Below are positions 46,865 through 59,120 of a stretch of DNA of 64,000 nt, piece by piece (position 1 is the first letter of the stretch; each line of letters opens with the position of its first letter). A program made the translations under genes and the position numbers. The DNA lies in assembly GCA_964016885.1 (NCBI GenBank), contig OZ024742.1:359104001-359168000 (forward strand), in the 5' to 3' direction. The notes under the pieces were generated by a model. The model was given only the letters and a program-made list of their open reading frames with translations. It searched no databases and was not told where the DNA came from. This DNA is from Eledone cirrhosa. Taxonomy: Eukaryota.

Positions 46865-47465
46865 TTATCTCTTTATATCTCCCCCTCTCTCTCTCTCTCT
46901 CTCTCTATCCATCCCTCCCACTATTATCTATTTAATTCTCCTTAACTCACTACACTCCACGACATGATGTCTGCTATCAAAACTGACAAAAGAATCCTTC
47001 CACCTACCCCTACCACCACCTCAGTTTGTCATTCTACTTCCTACCTCTTCCCCCTTTCTCTCTCTCTATACTATGCCGCCTGTCCTCTCACCTCCTAATT
47101 CCTCTCTCTCTATACTAGTAAATACAATTCCAAATAAATGTTTTTCTCTATATATTAAGAACTATTTCAAGAGTAACTCACTATTTTGAAAATTTGGACT
47201 GTGAACAACAATTATAATTGAGTGGCTGCTATTTGCAGTATAGCAATATAAGGTTGCACTTACCAATGAAACGGTCGTAAATACCTGGATTAAATCTTTC
47301 TCTTAATGTTTACCTGTGTTTTCTCTTTTATACTTATACTCCAAGATTGAACGGAATTCTTACAAACTTGTGGAGTTACCCCTAACCGTACGTTGAAACC
47401 ATCCACGAAACTGGCTTTCTTAACCAAAAACTGGATTACAATAAGCAATTTTTTGCTTCTCTAAC
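43798..47465 (+). mobile_element. Full-length Penelope-like element (Naiad-type) with inverted ~235-bp pLTRs and a ~130-nt tail
   Basis: 43798-44032 is the reverse complement of 47099-47331. Unpaired extension to about 47465. (TA)n on both sides. Confidence 0.9.
44064..46421 (+). CDS. Penelope-like RT plus GIY-YIG endonuclease, 785 aa, uninterrupted
   Basis: SLKNIPIP N-terminus, KADK, QFDINDYYSSI, ITMGA, GIYRDDAL, CNC-x5-CPL-x3-C linker, LVYQC...YYIGAT...FKAR, CRLCNVE and a C-terminal CNH. Confidence 0.92.
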   Translation: MEKHYIGMSLKNIPIPRRKDYTLGMIQRTNDFIRRVRWKTFHFDKGRNGCTVEYNKETYDFKSCKIPPTNPQLDAFEQDLLKMIMNIKFKKRRNNKLQNDINTFIKKLRTTNGIIVKADKTSNVYTMDVNTYNSFIRKELHRKYKKTNEAALININNEAHNIVKHLGIDDRTEPLKPCTPTFNLKDHKVNFDYNPTIRLICPSKSDIGKISKHILDRVIAQMKNKLVIKLWGNATETIKWFNNIANKEVSKFIQFDINDYYSSISPNTLDKALAFAKANSDITDDEIKIILAARKTIIKFENAYWERKDRLNNFDITMGANDSAQVTDLVGIYIAHSLQSEFSDLHGGIYRDDALLLVKNLNNQSIERLRKNIRKTLGRLDRSITYEYSTKTVNFLGVTLPLNTGLIRPFHKINENLAYINCNSNHPLSIIKSIPRSISLRISRLSSNRQIFEEHAEYYNTALDKAGHLDRVEYIDESLCEAHTNTHNTNSRHTRIQTFTHRTAKYTANRSTTSKSNKSRSRKYIWYNPIFNTSISTNLPSTFFRIINRHFPDSHRYSKILNTKSIRLSYSPAPNIEAHIKMLNAKKIHNNTKTQIYNNNNTITIEHNRISNTQPPANRQTKRNRLVQASQPTNNAKVAHNKKCNCHLPETCPLQNECMQSNLVYQCTVESDNQKWYYIGATGNTFKARWYTYRYAMKHSQHRYVTTLANKTWQLRESNRQYTLKWKKLSNAPPYRSGMRSCRLCNVELFHILSSKNRLLNNKIERSIYCNHRLKEKFSHYKSNT

Positions 47466-47517
<52 letters not shown>

Positions 47518-47736
47518 TTCTTTATGTTTGAACAATATATATATATGTATATATATATATATGTATATATATATGTATATATATATATATGTATATATAT
47601 ATGTATATATATATATATGTATATATATATGTATATATATATATATATGTGTGTGTGTGTATATATATATGTGTGTGTATAGTTTAGACATAAACATAAA
47701 CAGATGAAAAAGCAGTCTCTTTCGAATCACACTTTT

Positions 47737-47769
<33 letters not shown>

Positions 47770-47795
47770 ACCAACAGCCATATATATATATATAT

Positions 47796-48288
47796 TGGTA
47801 AAAGGAAAAGAAAATTCGGACAAATTGTTCCCAGTGAAAAATAGTTTAATTAGGAATAAGAAAATAATAGTAATAGTATTGGTTAGTATTCAATTTTGGT
47901 TTTAAGTTTTACCGGTTGCGCATTTCTAATGCTTTTCAAAAATTATTTTGAGATAGAGCGCCCGTGATGTTTGCTCTAATCTGATTAGTTTTGGAAATTC
48001 TACCTGTTTTAAGTAAAAAAAGTGGATCCAGATGTATGAAAAATTTCTTGTGGTCAAAACAATTTTGATTGGTCGGTAGAGGTCATGTGAATGTTAAAAA
48101 TTGATTTTGCGCCAAATGTAGGTTTGTCTCGGCTGATTGAGAAGTCACTAAAAAATAAGTCTTTCAAGACAAATATGTGTGTGTGTGTGTAGTAGTAGTA
48201 GTAAAGAGGTTCGTTGTTGTGATAATTTTCAGCAGGGATGTGTGTGCGAACCGCAGCCTGTTGACAGTTCAAATGCCTATTAAGACAA

Positions 48289-48342
<54 letters not shown>

Positions 48343-51300
48343 TAGAGTAATTCGTGGTAGAGGGATGGTCAGTAGGAATGTGTCTGTACGTGTGTGGGGG
48401 ATATTTTAACATGTTAAAAGATATTTTTCAGCTCTTGTCTTATACGGAGAAGTGTGCGTATATGTCTCTTTGTATGTTAATGTACGCGTGTGTATGTGTG
48501 TATATGTGTGTATGTGTATATATATATGTGTGTGTGTATGTGTGTGTGAGAATATGTGTGTGTATGTGTGGGTGGACCAGTATTTTTGTGATACTGGTAA
48601 AAATGGTGTACATTATTCGATATTTTCAGTAAAAACGATTCTCTCAATAGAACATCAAAAACCTTAATAATAAAAGGTGTGAAATGATATATAGTATTGG
48701 CATAATACCAAGGTGTGTGTACAGTGTCCAGATTGTACGTACTGCAAGGGGAATCCATTAGGCCTTGCCGTATTGGAATACTTGTGTACCAATATGTATG
48801 TGACCATCAGTGTGCGTATATGTATGTGTGTGTGTCGGCACGTTTATATCTATAGACATCAAAATGTATGCAAATTTGTGTATATTTGTGTTGCACCATA
48901 GAACATGTGTGTTTACGTATGTCACTGTGTTTATATGTGGATAGAGATGTATGCTGATGTAGGTATGTATGTTGACGTGTGTATGTTGTGGGTTCGTCTT
49001 AGGGAGAAGTGTTTAGACGGGGTCCGTATTTGTAAATAAAGTGAAATTCCTTGCTGATGCGCTGGGTGTGCGTGGCATTATCTTTAAATTTGTAGAGGGG
49101 AAAGATTCTGAAGTTGGGATGATTTTGGGCGGCACAGGTATCAATGTGTTCACTCAGTGGTATTTTCCTGTATTCCCGTATTTTAATTTGGGATCTATGG
49201 ACAGTCATGCGTTGGCGGAGGCTGTTTTTGGTCTGGCCTATGTATTGTTCTCGACAACCTGAGCAAGTTAATACATATATTAGATTTTCTGATGCGCATG
49301 TGAAATCGTGTTTTACTATAAAACGTTGTCCTTCTTTGAAATAGAATTCCGAACCCTCTATTAGGTTGATGCAAATGCCACAGTTGGGTCTATCGCATTT
49401 TTTTACTGTGGGTTTCGTTGTTGTGGTTGGCAGTACTTTGGCATGTGTTAGGATATTTTTCAATGACTTAGATTGTCTTTTGCTCTTTATGATATCGTGT
49501 GTTCGTAGGATTTGGTTCATTATATGGTCCTTTTTCAACACAGGGATGTTCTGGAGGATGGTGTCAAAGGCCTCATTGTTGAGGGCGTTGTGTGTGGAGA
49601 TGTATGGAAGAGTTTTTAGTTTCGGTTGATTTACTTTAGGGTGTCTAAAGTCACGGGTACTGAGTTTTAGGGCACGTTGGATTCCATTGTCAATTAGTGA
49701 TGCAGGTTAGTCTCTGCCTATGAGTGTGTCCTTTAGTTCTTGTAGCCGTACGTAGCAGGTGTTTTTATTGGAGACTATAGTACAGATTCTCTTGGCTAAG
49801 TTGTAGGGAATATTAATTTTAACGTGTCTAGGGTGGCAAGAGTTGAAAGGAAGATATTGCTTGGGTCTGTGGGCTTGTCGTATATGTCTATTTCTATTTT
49901 TTTGTTATGGATCTTAATGAGGATGTCGAGGAAGGGGAGTTGTTGATGGCTGTATTCCATCGTGAAGTTAATATTCGTGTTGAGCCCATTTATAAAGGTG
50001 TGAAATTCTTTAAGTTTCTCGATGTTTTCGTGCCAAAGGATGAAGCAGTCATCTAGATATCGCTTCCAGTTCCTTTCTATGTGTAAGTGGAGAGTGTTTC
50101 CAAATTTGTTTAGTACTTTAGTGTAGAGGGTGATTTCCAGGTATCCCATGACTAGGTTGGCATAAGTGGGGGCTGTTTTCGTTCCCATAGCGGTCCCAGA
50201 TTTCTGCCTGTAGGGTTTGTTATTGAAAACGAAGTAATTGTTCTCCAAGATAAATTTGAGTCCCTCTATCACGAATTCTTTTTTGATGCGTTGTGGGAGT
50301 TCATTGTGGTAATTATCCATCCAGAATTGGATAGCTTATATTCCTAGGTTGTGGGGGATGTTGGAGTATAGGTTGACTACATCGAACGTCACTAGTAGGG
50401 TTTGTTCAGAAAGGGGCATATTAGGGAGGTGATTGAGCATATCTAGGTCGTCCCTTATATAGTTTTTGATGTGTTTGAGAAAAGGCTTGAGAAGGGTATC
50501 AATGAAGTTGCTAAAGCGGTGGGTTTCGCAAGCGGGGCCTGCTATTATAGGTCTTAATTTGAGATCATTGGGTGAGGGGACATTGATGACTATGTGTGTG
50601 TCTTCCTTGCATGCCTTACTTATTAATTCGCTTTTATGTACTTTAGGGATACCGTAGAAAAGGCTGGATTTACTTGTGAAGTCTGTGATGAAGCTGAATT
50701 CCTTGTTAGTGAGTCCTTCTTTGTACTGGTGATCAGAGTTTTTAGGTTTCTCATAATTTTCTGTTGATTGTAGTGTTCAGCCTTTTCGTAGTATGTTTCG
50801 TTTTCTAAAGTGGAGAGCGCTAAGTTGATATAGAATTCTGTCTCCATTAGGACTACTGTACTCCCTTTATCAGCCTCTTTAACTGTAATGGTTCTGTCGG
50901 TTTTTAATCTATTTAATTCTTCCCATTCTTTCTTGTTGAGGTTTGGCTTGTGTTTTTGTCTGTGCAAGTGTTGGTAAGGGAAGTTTGTGATGTGTTCACA
51001 GAATTCGTCCAGGATTTTATTTCTACCTTTTGATGGGGTGTAGTTGCTTCTATTTCTGGCTAATGATTCATCCTCATTGTACTGGTCGAATAGTTGTTCA
51101 CTAAGTCGTAACTTTCTACAGAAGTCTGTGATGTCTTCCTTCATTTCATAGTAGTTAGGACGTAGTGGGGTCCGTGTGAATTTAAGACCTTTGGAGAGTA
51201 AGTTGATAGGTTGGGTGTTGGTTCTGCACTAGTTAGATTGATAATATTTATTACTCTCGGTTTCTCCTCCCTGTCTTGTGTTATTTTGTTTGCCTGTATC

Positions 51301-52190
51301 TGTGTGCTGTGTCTAAAAAATGGTTGGAGTAGAGGGGTTGTCTGCTGATGTTAAGTGGTCTCCTGTGTTTGTTATATTCCTTGTTGTTGTAAAATGTGGT
51401 TCGGGTTCGTGGTTGTAGATTGAATGGGGTGTTCCTGTATTGCGAGTATGGATGTGTGTTTCTATGTGCCATGTTGCATTGTGGTGTTATAGGTGGCCTA
51501 TGTTGTTGTTTGTATCGTGTGGGTTTGTTGTGTATTGTGGAAGCGAGAGTTGAGAAAATGGAAATTACCTTGCTGTCCCCTTGAATCGGGGAAGTTGTTA
51601 CATCTATCATGGTGGTGGTATCTTTTCCCTATATTTGACGATGAGGCATCCGCGTAGTAGCGAGTGATTTGGTATGGTGTCTCCTTGAAGGGGGAAAGTT
51701 GTAGATGTCATTCTGGGGGAGATGATTTGTAGAGTTATTGTTCCTTCTTGTGGTAGCGAGGTTGGAAAGTTCATCTTCGGTGTGGTGCTTCCTTCTTCTT
51801 TTGTTAGTGGCGGGGGGGGGGGGGGGGCGAAGTTGTTGTGCGGTTCGGTTATGGGTTTTCCTATTTTTATGAACGGGTTGGAGGTGTAATCCGTTTGAAA
51901 AGTTGATTCATAGTGTAGGAACCAAGCGGCACTTTTTTTCCCAGCGTTGAAGGGATTTCAGTTCTTCTTTGTTGCAGTCCCCTTTCCATAATTTAGAGAT
52001 CTTCTCTACCTTGGAGCCTTCAGTTTTATTGTTGATTTCCAGGAGGATCTCTTCATCGAGGGTTTTGATCTTTTCCTCATTTGTCTGGGCCCTCAATTTA
52101 AGAAGTTCAATTTCTGTCTTCATTTTTTCCAATGCCATTCTTTCCCTAAGGTGTCTTTGAGGTTCAGGTTCATTTGGAATGGACTTTATT
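47796..52190 (-). mobile_element. Penelope-like element (Neptune-type), long, decayed
   Basis: Fragmented ORF with VKEADKGS, GTAMGTKTAPTYANL, WKRYLDDCF, PFLDI, the linker CDRPNCGIC and NLIYVLTCSGCREQYIGQT...RQRMTVH. About 1.2 kb 3' UTR. (TA)n flanks. Confidence 0.88.
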
Positions 52191-52205
52191 TGTATATATA
52201 TATAT

Positions 52206-52304
<99 letters not shown>

Positions 52305-53047
52305 GGGTGTGTATGATTGTGTATAGAAGATTATATTAATAAAAGGAATTCCAACTTTGTCTGATTTACTCGTTTTATTTAAAATCTTTAAAATTATAAT
52401 GATATTATAATGAAATAGTATGGTAGAATATTAAATGTTAGGTGTTAATTGACAATCTCGCCAACACAACATACGCCAGAACACGTGGCAACACAAACAC
52501 TCACCTTACCTTGAATCAAAGAAGAAGTACGGTAAGAATTATTCGCTTTTTCTACAAAAACACCCTAACGCACACAACATGAACAAAAACCACAAACACG
52601 ATAGATATTCCTTTGACCAGACCATGAGAAGTAGAAAAACCAGGAGTTCATTATCAAGATCTCAACAGAGACTACTCACAAGGGACGGGGAAAAAAAACT
52701 AGAAATAACCAGATCACTCTCAAGATCTAAACAGAGATTACCCACAAGAAACTGGGCAAAAAAACGATCTAAACCTGAAAGCAAACCTAGGTCATTATCC
52801 CAATTGTTAAAAATAATGCTCGAAGGGGCTAGACATATCTGAGGAACTTGCGAATCCAGAGTGAGGTTCGATCCACAAACAGATCACACCTCGAGCTGTT
52901 CGCCGCAGAAACAATTGTAATACCTAATAAATTGTGTTTCGATACATCACTGATTCTTCGTTTTCCAAATTATTATACTCTGCTCTGAAGGAAGATAGAG
53001 TCCTCGACCGGCATACCGCCTATGGACGCATCCAAACAACCTTACTA

Positions 53048-53163
<116 letters not shown>

Positions 53164-53670
53164 TTACGCGTGGCAGCACACGGGTTTAAAGTTGCCTATC
53201 ACTGAGTTGAGCCAAGGTTTCTGAAAGTTCGTTTGGATGCTGATCTTATAATGAGGAAACCATATCATGAGATTTTGTTCTGAAATTTGACATTTCTAAC
53301 TCCAGACAAAAAATTCCGAAGCATAGTGTATACTTCCACAAAGAGCAGTATCAGAATGTGTTACTAATTACGAACTTTATTAGTTTTTATTAATTATGTA
53401 AATTAGTACAGTATTTTCTTAAATGTACTAATTAACAGGAAAATAACAAACTGTAAGAAGAGTATTTCATTTCATGTTTAGTATTTGTTTGTTTGTTATA
53501 CTGACAATTTCTGTGAAGCACAACTTCAAAAATTTCCGGATGATTTACATTTAACTGTTCTGAGTGAAATTAAATTCCCAGACGAACCGGAATTTCTCAG
53601 CGTACTTTTAAATTAAATCATCAATATATAGTGTATAATTAAATCATGTGGTTAAATCTGTATATATATA

Positions 53671-54090
53671 TTGGAGTCTGTGCTGCTGTACGGGTCTGAG
53701 ACTTGGAAACTGAACAAAAAACTCACTCAAAAGGTGGATGGGTGCTACACGAGAATGCTGAGGATGGCTCTGAACATTAATCAGTATACACTGAGGATGA
53801 AGAACTCAGAGCTGTACAGGAGCCTCCCAAAAGTCAGTTCGAAAGTGACACAGAGGAGACTTAGTTAGCTGGGCATTCCTACTGACATCCAGTGTTGACA
53901 CTGCACTAAGTGCTCCTGTGGGAGCCCCTGCATGGACACACGGGAAGAGGAAGACCGAGGTTAAAATATGTTGATGCCCTAAGGACAGACACTGGTCTCT
54001 TGGAGACGCAGGACATGGCAGCGATAATGAAGGACCGAGACCGCTGAAGGGAACTCGTCCATGGATCTCTGGAATTTTACTCCCTCCCCT
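53671..54090 (+). mobile_element. RTE-clade LINE 3' fragment
   Basis: ESVLLYGSETW...DGCYTRMLRMALN, and downstream LLWEPLHG..GRGRPRLKYVD. Flanked by TA repeats. Confidence 0.75.
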
Positions 54091-54304
54091 ATATATATAT
54101 ATATATTTATTTATTTAGGTTTGTTGGTTCACTACTGGATAGAACTGGTCATTCCGTATAGTCAACCTTGATGTAATGTTATGGAGAGTACTCAGCGTAA
54201 TGTAACTCACCCGTCTTCGTTTGTGTTGGTGGTGGTGCGAGTACGGAGTTAATAATTATAAAATAACAGGAGGCTGAACTGGTGTAATTCCTTAAAGGTT
54301 TATT

Positions 54305-54362
54305 ATACTATGAACATTTCAATGACCGGGTTCAGTATGAATGCGGTGACATCATCAGGTAT
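54305..54362 (-). ncRNA. Type I hammerhead ribozyme motif
   Basis: Minus strand: ATAC-CTGATGA-tgtcACCG...CGGTcatt-GAAA-TG-tt-CA-TA-GTAT. The core is intact and stem II is imperfect. It lies in a ~370-bp unit between (TA)n tracts. Confidence 0.65.
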
Positions 54363-54779
54363 TCGAAATATAACAAGGGAATATAATATACACAATCCAC
54401 GGGGCTGCAAAGGAAGAGAGACAAGATGGCGGCCAAACATTTAACAGTTTCTAGTCCGGTCGGCCGCCTTCATGTCTTGAATATATATATATATATATGG
54501 CGCGAATTGTTAAGTTCCTCTGCAAGATCGGAACGTCAGTAGTCCGTCTGAGGAAGAAGTCATGCGAGATGGGGTGACTATTGCAGCGGGTTTCATTGGC
54601 AATTGTCAGCGGAAATTATTCTATAATTTTGTCATTTTGCTGACATTTGATCGCTTTTCTTGGTGACACACCGTCTTAACTTTGTATTAACTCTGAACAG
54701 AAATGTATTAATGTTCGCACTACCGAGTGATTTGTGACTGCCTCAAACAATTCGATTGTTATCTGCTATATTGCAGCTG

Positions 54780-54895
54780 AAACTTCGATTTATACGGCGC
54801 TGTTAAAATGAAGTACCAGTAACACACTGGGGAAGGTTTAATGACTTCCCCCTCCCCCATATTCCTGTCCTTGTGTCTATAATAAAAATCATTAT
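54780..54895 (+). mobile_element. SINE 3' portion
   Basis: TTAAAATGAAGTACCAGT...CCTTGTGTCTATAATAAAAATCATTAT resembles the 3' half of the SINE at 408-600. Confidence 0.5.
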
Positions 54896-54946
54896 ATATA
54901 TATAGATATATATATACAGACACACATACACACACACACACAGATA

Positions 54947-54997
<51 letters not shown>

Positions 54998-55000
<3 letters not shown>

Positions 55001-55323
55001 CGAAAGAATTGTGGTAAGGAACCAGGAGGACCATAACGCTCCAGAGTACTCGATACTTTGGGTAGTAGATAGGGTAATTGGATATTTTAAAGCAACTGGT
55101 ACGGATAATATATCAGCGAAATAAATATTAATTGTATGTGTATATGTGTGTGTGCAAGTATATATATATATATATATATATATAGGAAAATAGTCAGGAC
55201 CCCAACGGCAGAGCTCAAGCCGTTTCGACGGCTATTTCTGGACAGAGTTAGAAATGTCAAATTTGAGTCCAGAAATAGCCGTCGAAACGGCTTCAGCTCT
55301 GCCGTCGGGGTCCTGACTCTTTT

Positions 55324-55380
<57 letters not shown>

Positions 55381-55463
55381 TTGCACACACACATATACAC
55401 ATACAATTAATATTTATTTCGGTGATATATTATCCGTACCAGTTGCCTTAAAATATCCAATTC
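54998..55463. mobile_element. Fold-back unit: tail plus a nested ~390-bp palindrome
   Basis: Outer arms 55077-55160 / 55378-55463, internal (TA)n, inner arms 55182-55242 / 55267-55328. The tail is homologous to 32014-32085. Confidence 0.8.
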
Positions 55464-56321
55464 TTAAGAAATTGTCAATGCGATGTTATTAACATACAAG
55501 CAATGGTGAAGTAGTGATCATAGAAATTACTGTGCTACAGCTGTTCATTAAGTTCAAAGCAATTCCATTCTGAAGAGAACACTTATCATGATGACAGCAT
55601 CATTTCACCTATCATTTACCATTATGTGTCAGGTGTTAATGATTTACAACATTCAGGAAATTAGAATTCCTTTATATTCCTATATTCCTATATTTATATA
55701 TTTCAACACACATAAAGCATTGAATACAGGGAAGAGGTAGTTAATATGAACAACATTGAAACATAGCTATGATCCTTATGAATACAACTAAATATGCATT
55801 TACTGATGGTGGTTTACAGTATCTCTCCATATCTCACCACCAGAATCATCAAGGTTGACCAAATTACATTTCAGCACTGAACCAGAACAACTCTCTCCGT
55901 GCCTTTTTATTGACCATTATCTTTTGTTTGGCACAAAATTCTCTAAATTGCTACAAAAGAATTCCAAAAAACGGGCTCGAAATTTAATTGGTCACGTGAC
56001 AGTCATAATTTCATTTATAACCAATCTAATTACATTTATAAAAAAGCCTTCGTGAGCCACTTTTTTTTAAGTAAAAAGAAATTCAAACACGAACTGGCGC
56101 GAAAGCTGATGTGCTTATTCACAACCAACCAACCAAACTTCATTCATATGTGAAAAAACAATCTGAGCCACCACCCCTTTTTCCGAAGGCAAATATACAA
56201 CCAACCAAATTACTTCTCTAAAAATCTGGCATTTCGAGCAATTTTTTCCATATAAAACAGAAGTAACATTCAAAGACCAACCAGATGTGAGAAAAACCAC
56301 AAACCCATAATCTCAATTCTA

Positions 56322-56357
56322 CTTTTGAAAAACAGAAGAACTGCGAAACCGGTAAAG
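56322..56357 (+). ncRNA. Degenerate minimal hammerhead motif
   Basis: CTT-TTGAAAA-aCAG-aagaa-CTGc-GAAAC-CG-GTA-AAG. The core CTGANGA is altered. Confidence 0.4.
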
Positions 56358-56419
56358 GAACCAATAAATATATATTTTAAAAAAAGACTCTAGTTGCATT
56401 TTCGATTTCATCTTTTTTC

Positions 56420-56508
<89 letters not shown>

Positions 56509-57295
56509 ATATATATATGTATATATATATGAATATATATATATATATAGTGACGAAACATAAGTCAATTGCATGAACTCATAATCCTTTATTTACTACT
56601 ATATATATTTCTATGATAGTCATTGAATGGTTATGACCTCATCAGGCAGTTAGTCAGTTCTTACATATGCCAGCTCTGTGTTTATAGTGTTGATGGTATC
56701 AGAGCCTTGGGACATATGAGCTTGTTAGGAATAATGTAATGTTGTCAGCAGGAATAGTCTTGATTCTCATTGGTCAGTTTGTAGATGGTAGTAGGGTTAG
56801 TATTTCACCTCAAAAAGGCAGGTGGTTTTGTAAAGTTCAAACCGTCAGGCAAGATGACAATAGTTCCATATGACTGATTTTCACAAAAGGCATTCTTGGT
56901 CAGATATATATATATATAAATGAAATAATTCCGTCGGAAAGGTCCAGGAAGAAAGAGTGCTCTATGTAGGTTACCGAGTTATTAGTTATGTAATAAACAA
57001 CATAAGATAATTATTTCATGAAAGTAAAAAGATTCTTGAAAGTAAAAAGATTTGCTTTCAGTCATCAGAATGAAAAAATCCTGGTGTTTTTATTGAATGT
57101 CGATTTGAAAAACAAAAATATAAGGAATATGAAAGTGAGGCTGGAGGAAGAGGAAGAAAAGGAGAAAAGAAAACTAAATATATAAGTATAAAAACACACA
57201 CGCACACACACATATACATATATATGTAAATATATATATATATATATACATACATACACATACACATAAATACACAAACACACACACACATATAT

Positions 57296-57363
<68 letters not shown>

Positions 57364-57366
57364 TAT

Positions 57367-57495
57367 ATATCGGCCTGCCTGCCCAGCCCGTGGGGTGGCG
57401 TTATCTTATGGCTAAAACAGCACGACGCGATGTGACCAGCGGCGCCGATTGACGCCCGACAGACTGGTCGGTCAAGGTGATCAAGGTGATACATA
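57367..57495 (+). mobile_element. GC-rich short interspersed repeat (probable SINE/LINE 3' end); inverted copy at 61195-61320
   Basis: About 125-nt GC-rich unit ending in tandem TCAAGGTGA repeats, present twice in opposite orientation. Confidence 0.55.
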
Positions 57496-57542
57496 TATAT
57501 ACACACACACACACGTATATACACACATATACACACATACAT

Positions 57543-57659
<117 letters not shown>

Positions 57660-58737
57660 ATTAATTATAAGAATAAATAAATGTCAATAAAGAAACATAT
57701 ACATATACTGAAATAAGCAGTCACATACAATGCTATACAATGCTGAGAGAAAATACATATACATGAAATCAAATTACAGTCAAATATAAAAAATAAAAAA
57801 TAAGGAATAAGGAAATAAAAAAAAGTATTAAATTGACAGCGATACGAAAGAGGAGAAAGACACAAATAAAAATAAATAAACAAACACACGTGGTAAGCAA
57901 ATGCACAAAATAAAATAAATATATATATATATACATGCATACACATACACATACATATCCACACATACATACACATACATAGAAAAATACACACACATAA
58001 ATATATACAGTACAAACATATACACAGATAAGTGTATACATACAAATACATATACACGCACACATAATTACATACATGTATGCATACATACACACATATA
58101 CACACATATATATGGTGGCTGCCAACTCGTTTTCGAGTACGGCCACTACTTTATATCCATGTAGGAGAACCCCTACCGATGCGCTGAACGAGTGTGACAT
58201 TTTAGTCCAGCCAGCAACTTGAAAACTCTGGTACAAACACTACACTTGTGACAATTATTGACACATAGTGCTGGGCCCATGGTACCATGTGACGACAAGT
58301 GCAGAGAGATCTCCAGATATAAAGCAATGCCTGTGTCGTGAAGCTTTTATAGTGAGCAAAGGCACTGCACAAAGCCAGTCCCACTCTCTTAACCAAGATG
58401 ATATTTACCAAAAAGAAGAACAAGTCAACATCATTGGAAACCATCAGGGTTGCAGGTGTTATATCAGAGTTTTCCTTCTCCTAGAATTCTGCCTTGACAA
58501 AGGCTAAGGGGTCATCTCTATATATATACATATATATCACATATATATATACACATATATATATACATATATATATATACACACATATATATAAACATAC
58601 ACACTCATGTACACACATATACATACTCACATGCATACACATTGATACGCGCGCATATACATGCATACACACTGATACGCGCATATACTCACAATCACAC
58701 CTATAGGTACATATAATTAATGTAATACCGAATCCAT

Positions 58738-59120
58738 TGTGAATGAGGCCAAATTGACACCGTTGATTAACAACCAGCCAGCCAGGAGTGAACGATATTT
58801 TGGCATGACTCATGACAGGTTCAAAACCAGGTTTTATGCACATGTCGATTCTTTTAAACACTCCGATAAAAGAACAGCAACGGCTCTCGCAAATAAGGTG
58901 TGGGAATTCAAAGACAAAAACATCCCGTACTCTATCGATTGGTCTATTTTAGACCATTCGAGGGAATACTAAAGAGGCACAAAAGATCGTTCTTTGTGCG
59001 CCACTGAAAAATTTAGAATTCTACAAAATTTGAAAGCCTCTTCCACTTGCCTTAACTCCAAGGCCGAGTTCTTCAGATGTTGTCCTTACCTAAAATCACA
59101 TCTGCTCTGTAACTGGATTG
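58738..59120 (+). pseudogene. Naiad-type GIY-YIG endonuclease C-terminal fragment
   Basis: RYFGMTHDRFKTRFYAHVDSFKH...TALANKVWEFK...WSIL, continuing past a TAA stop to LCATEKFRIL...LNSKAEFFRCC. Confidence 0.8.

Noticed and set aside
54540-54760. Hammerhead starting at CTGAGGA (about 54548)
   Set aside because: The second half of the core is not convincingly present.
58110-58510. Host exon on the minus strand
   Set aside because: The frames are broken and it lies between microsatellites. It looks more like a heavily decayed LINE RT 3' fragment, too weak to annotate.
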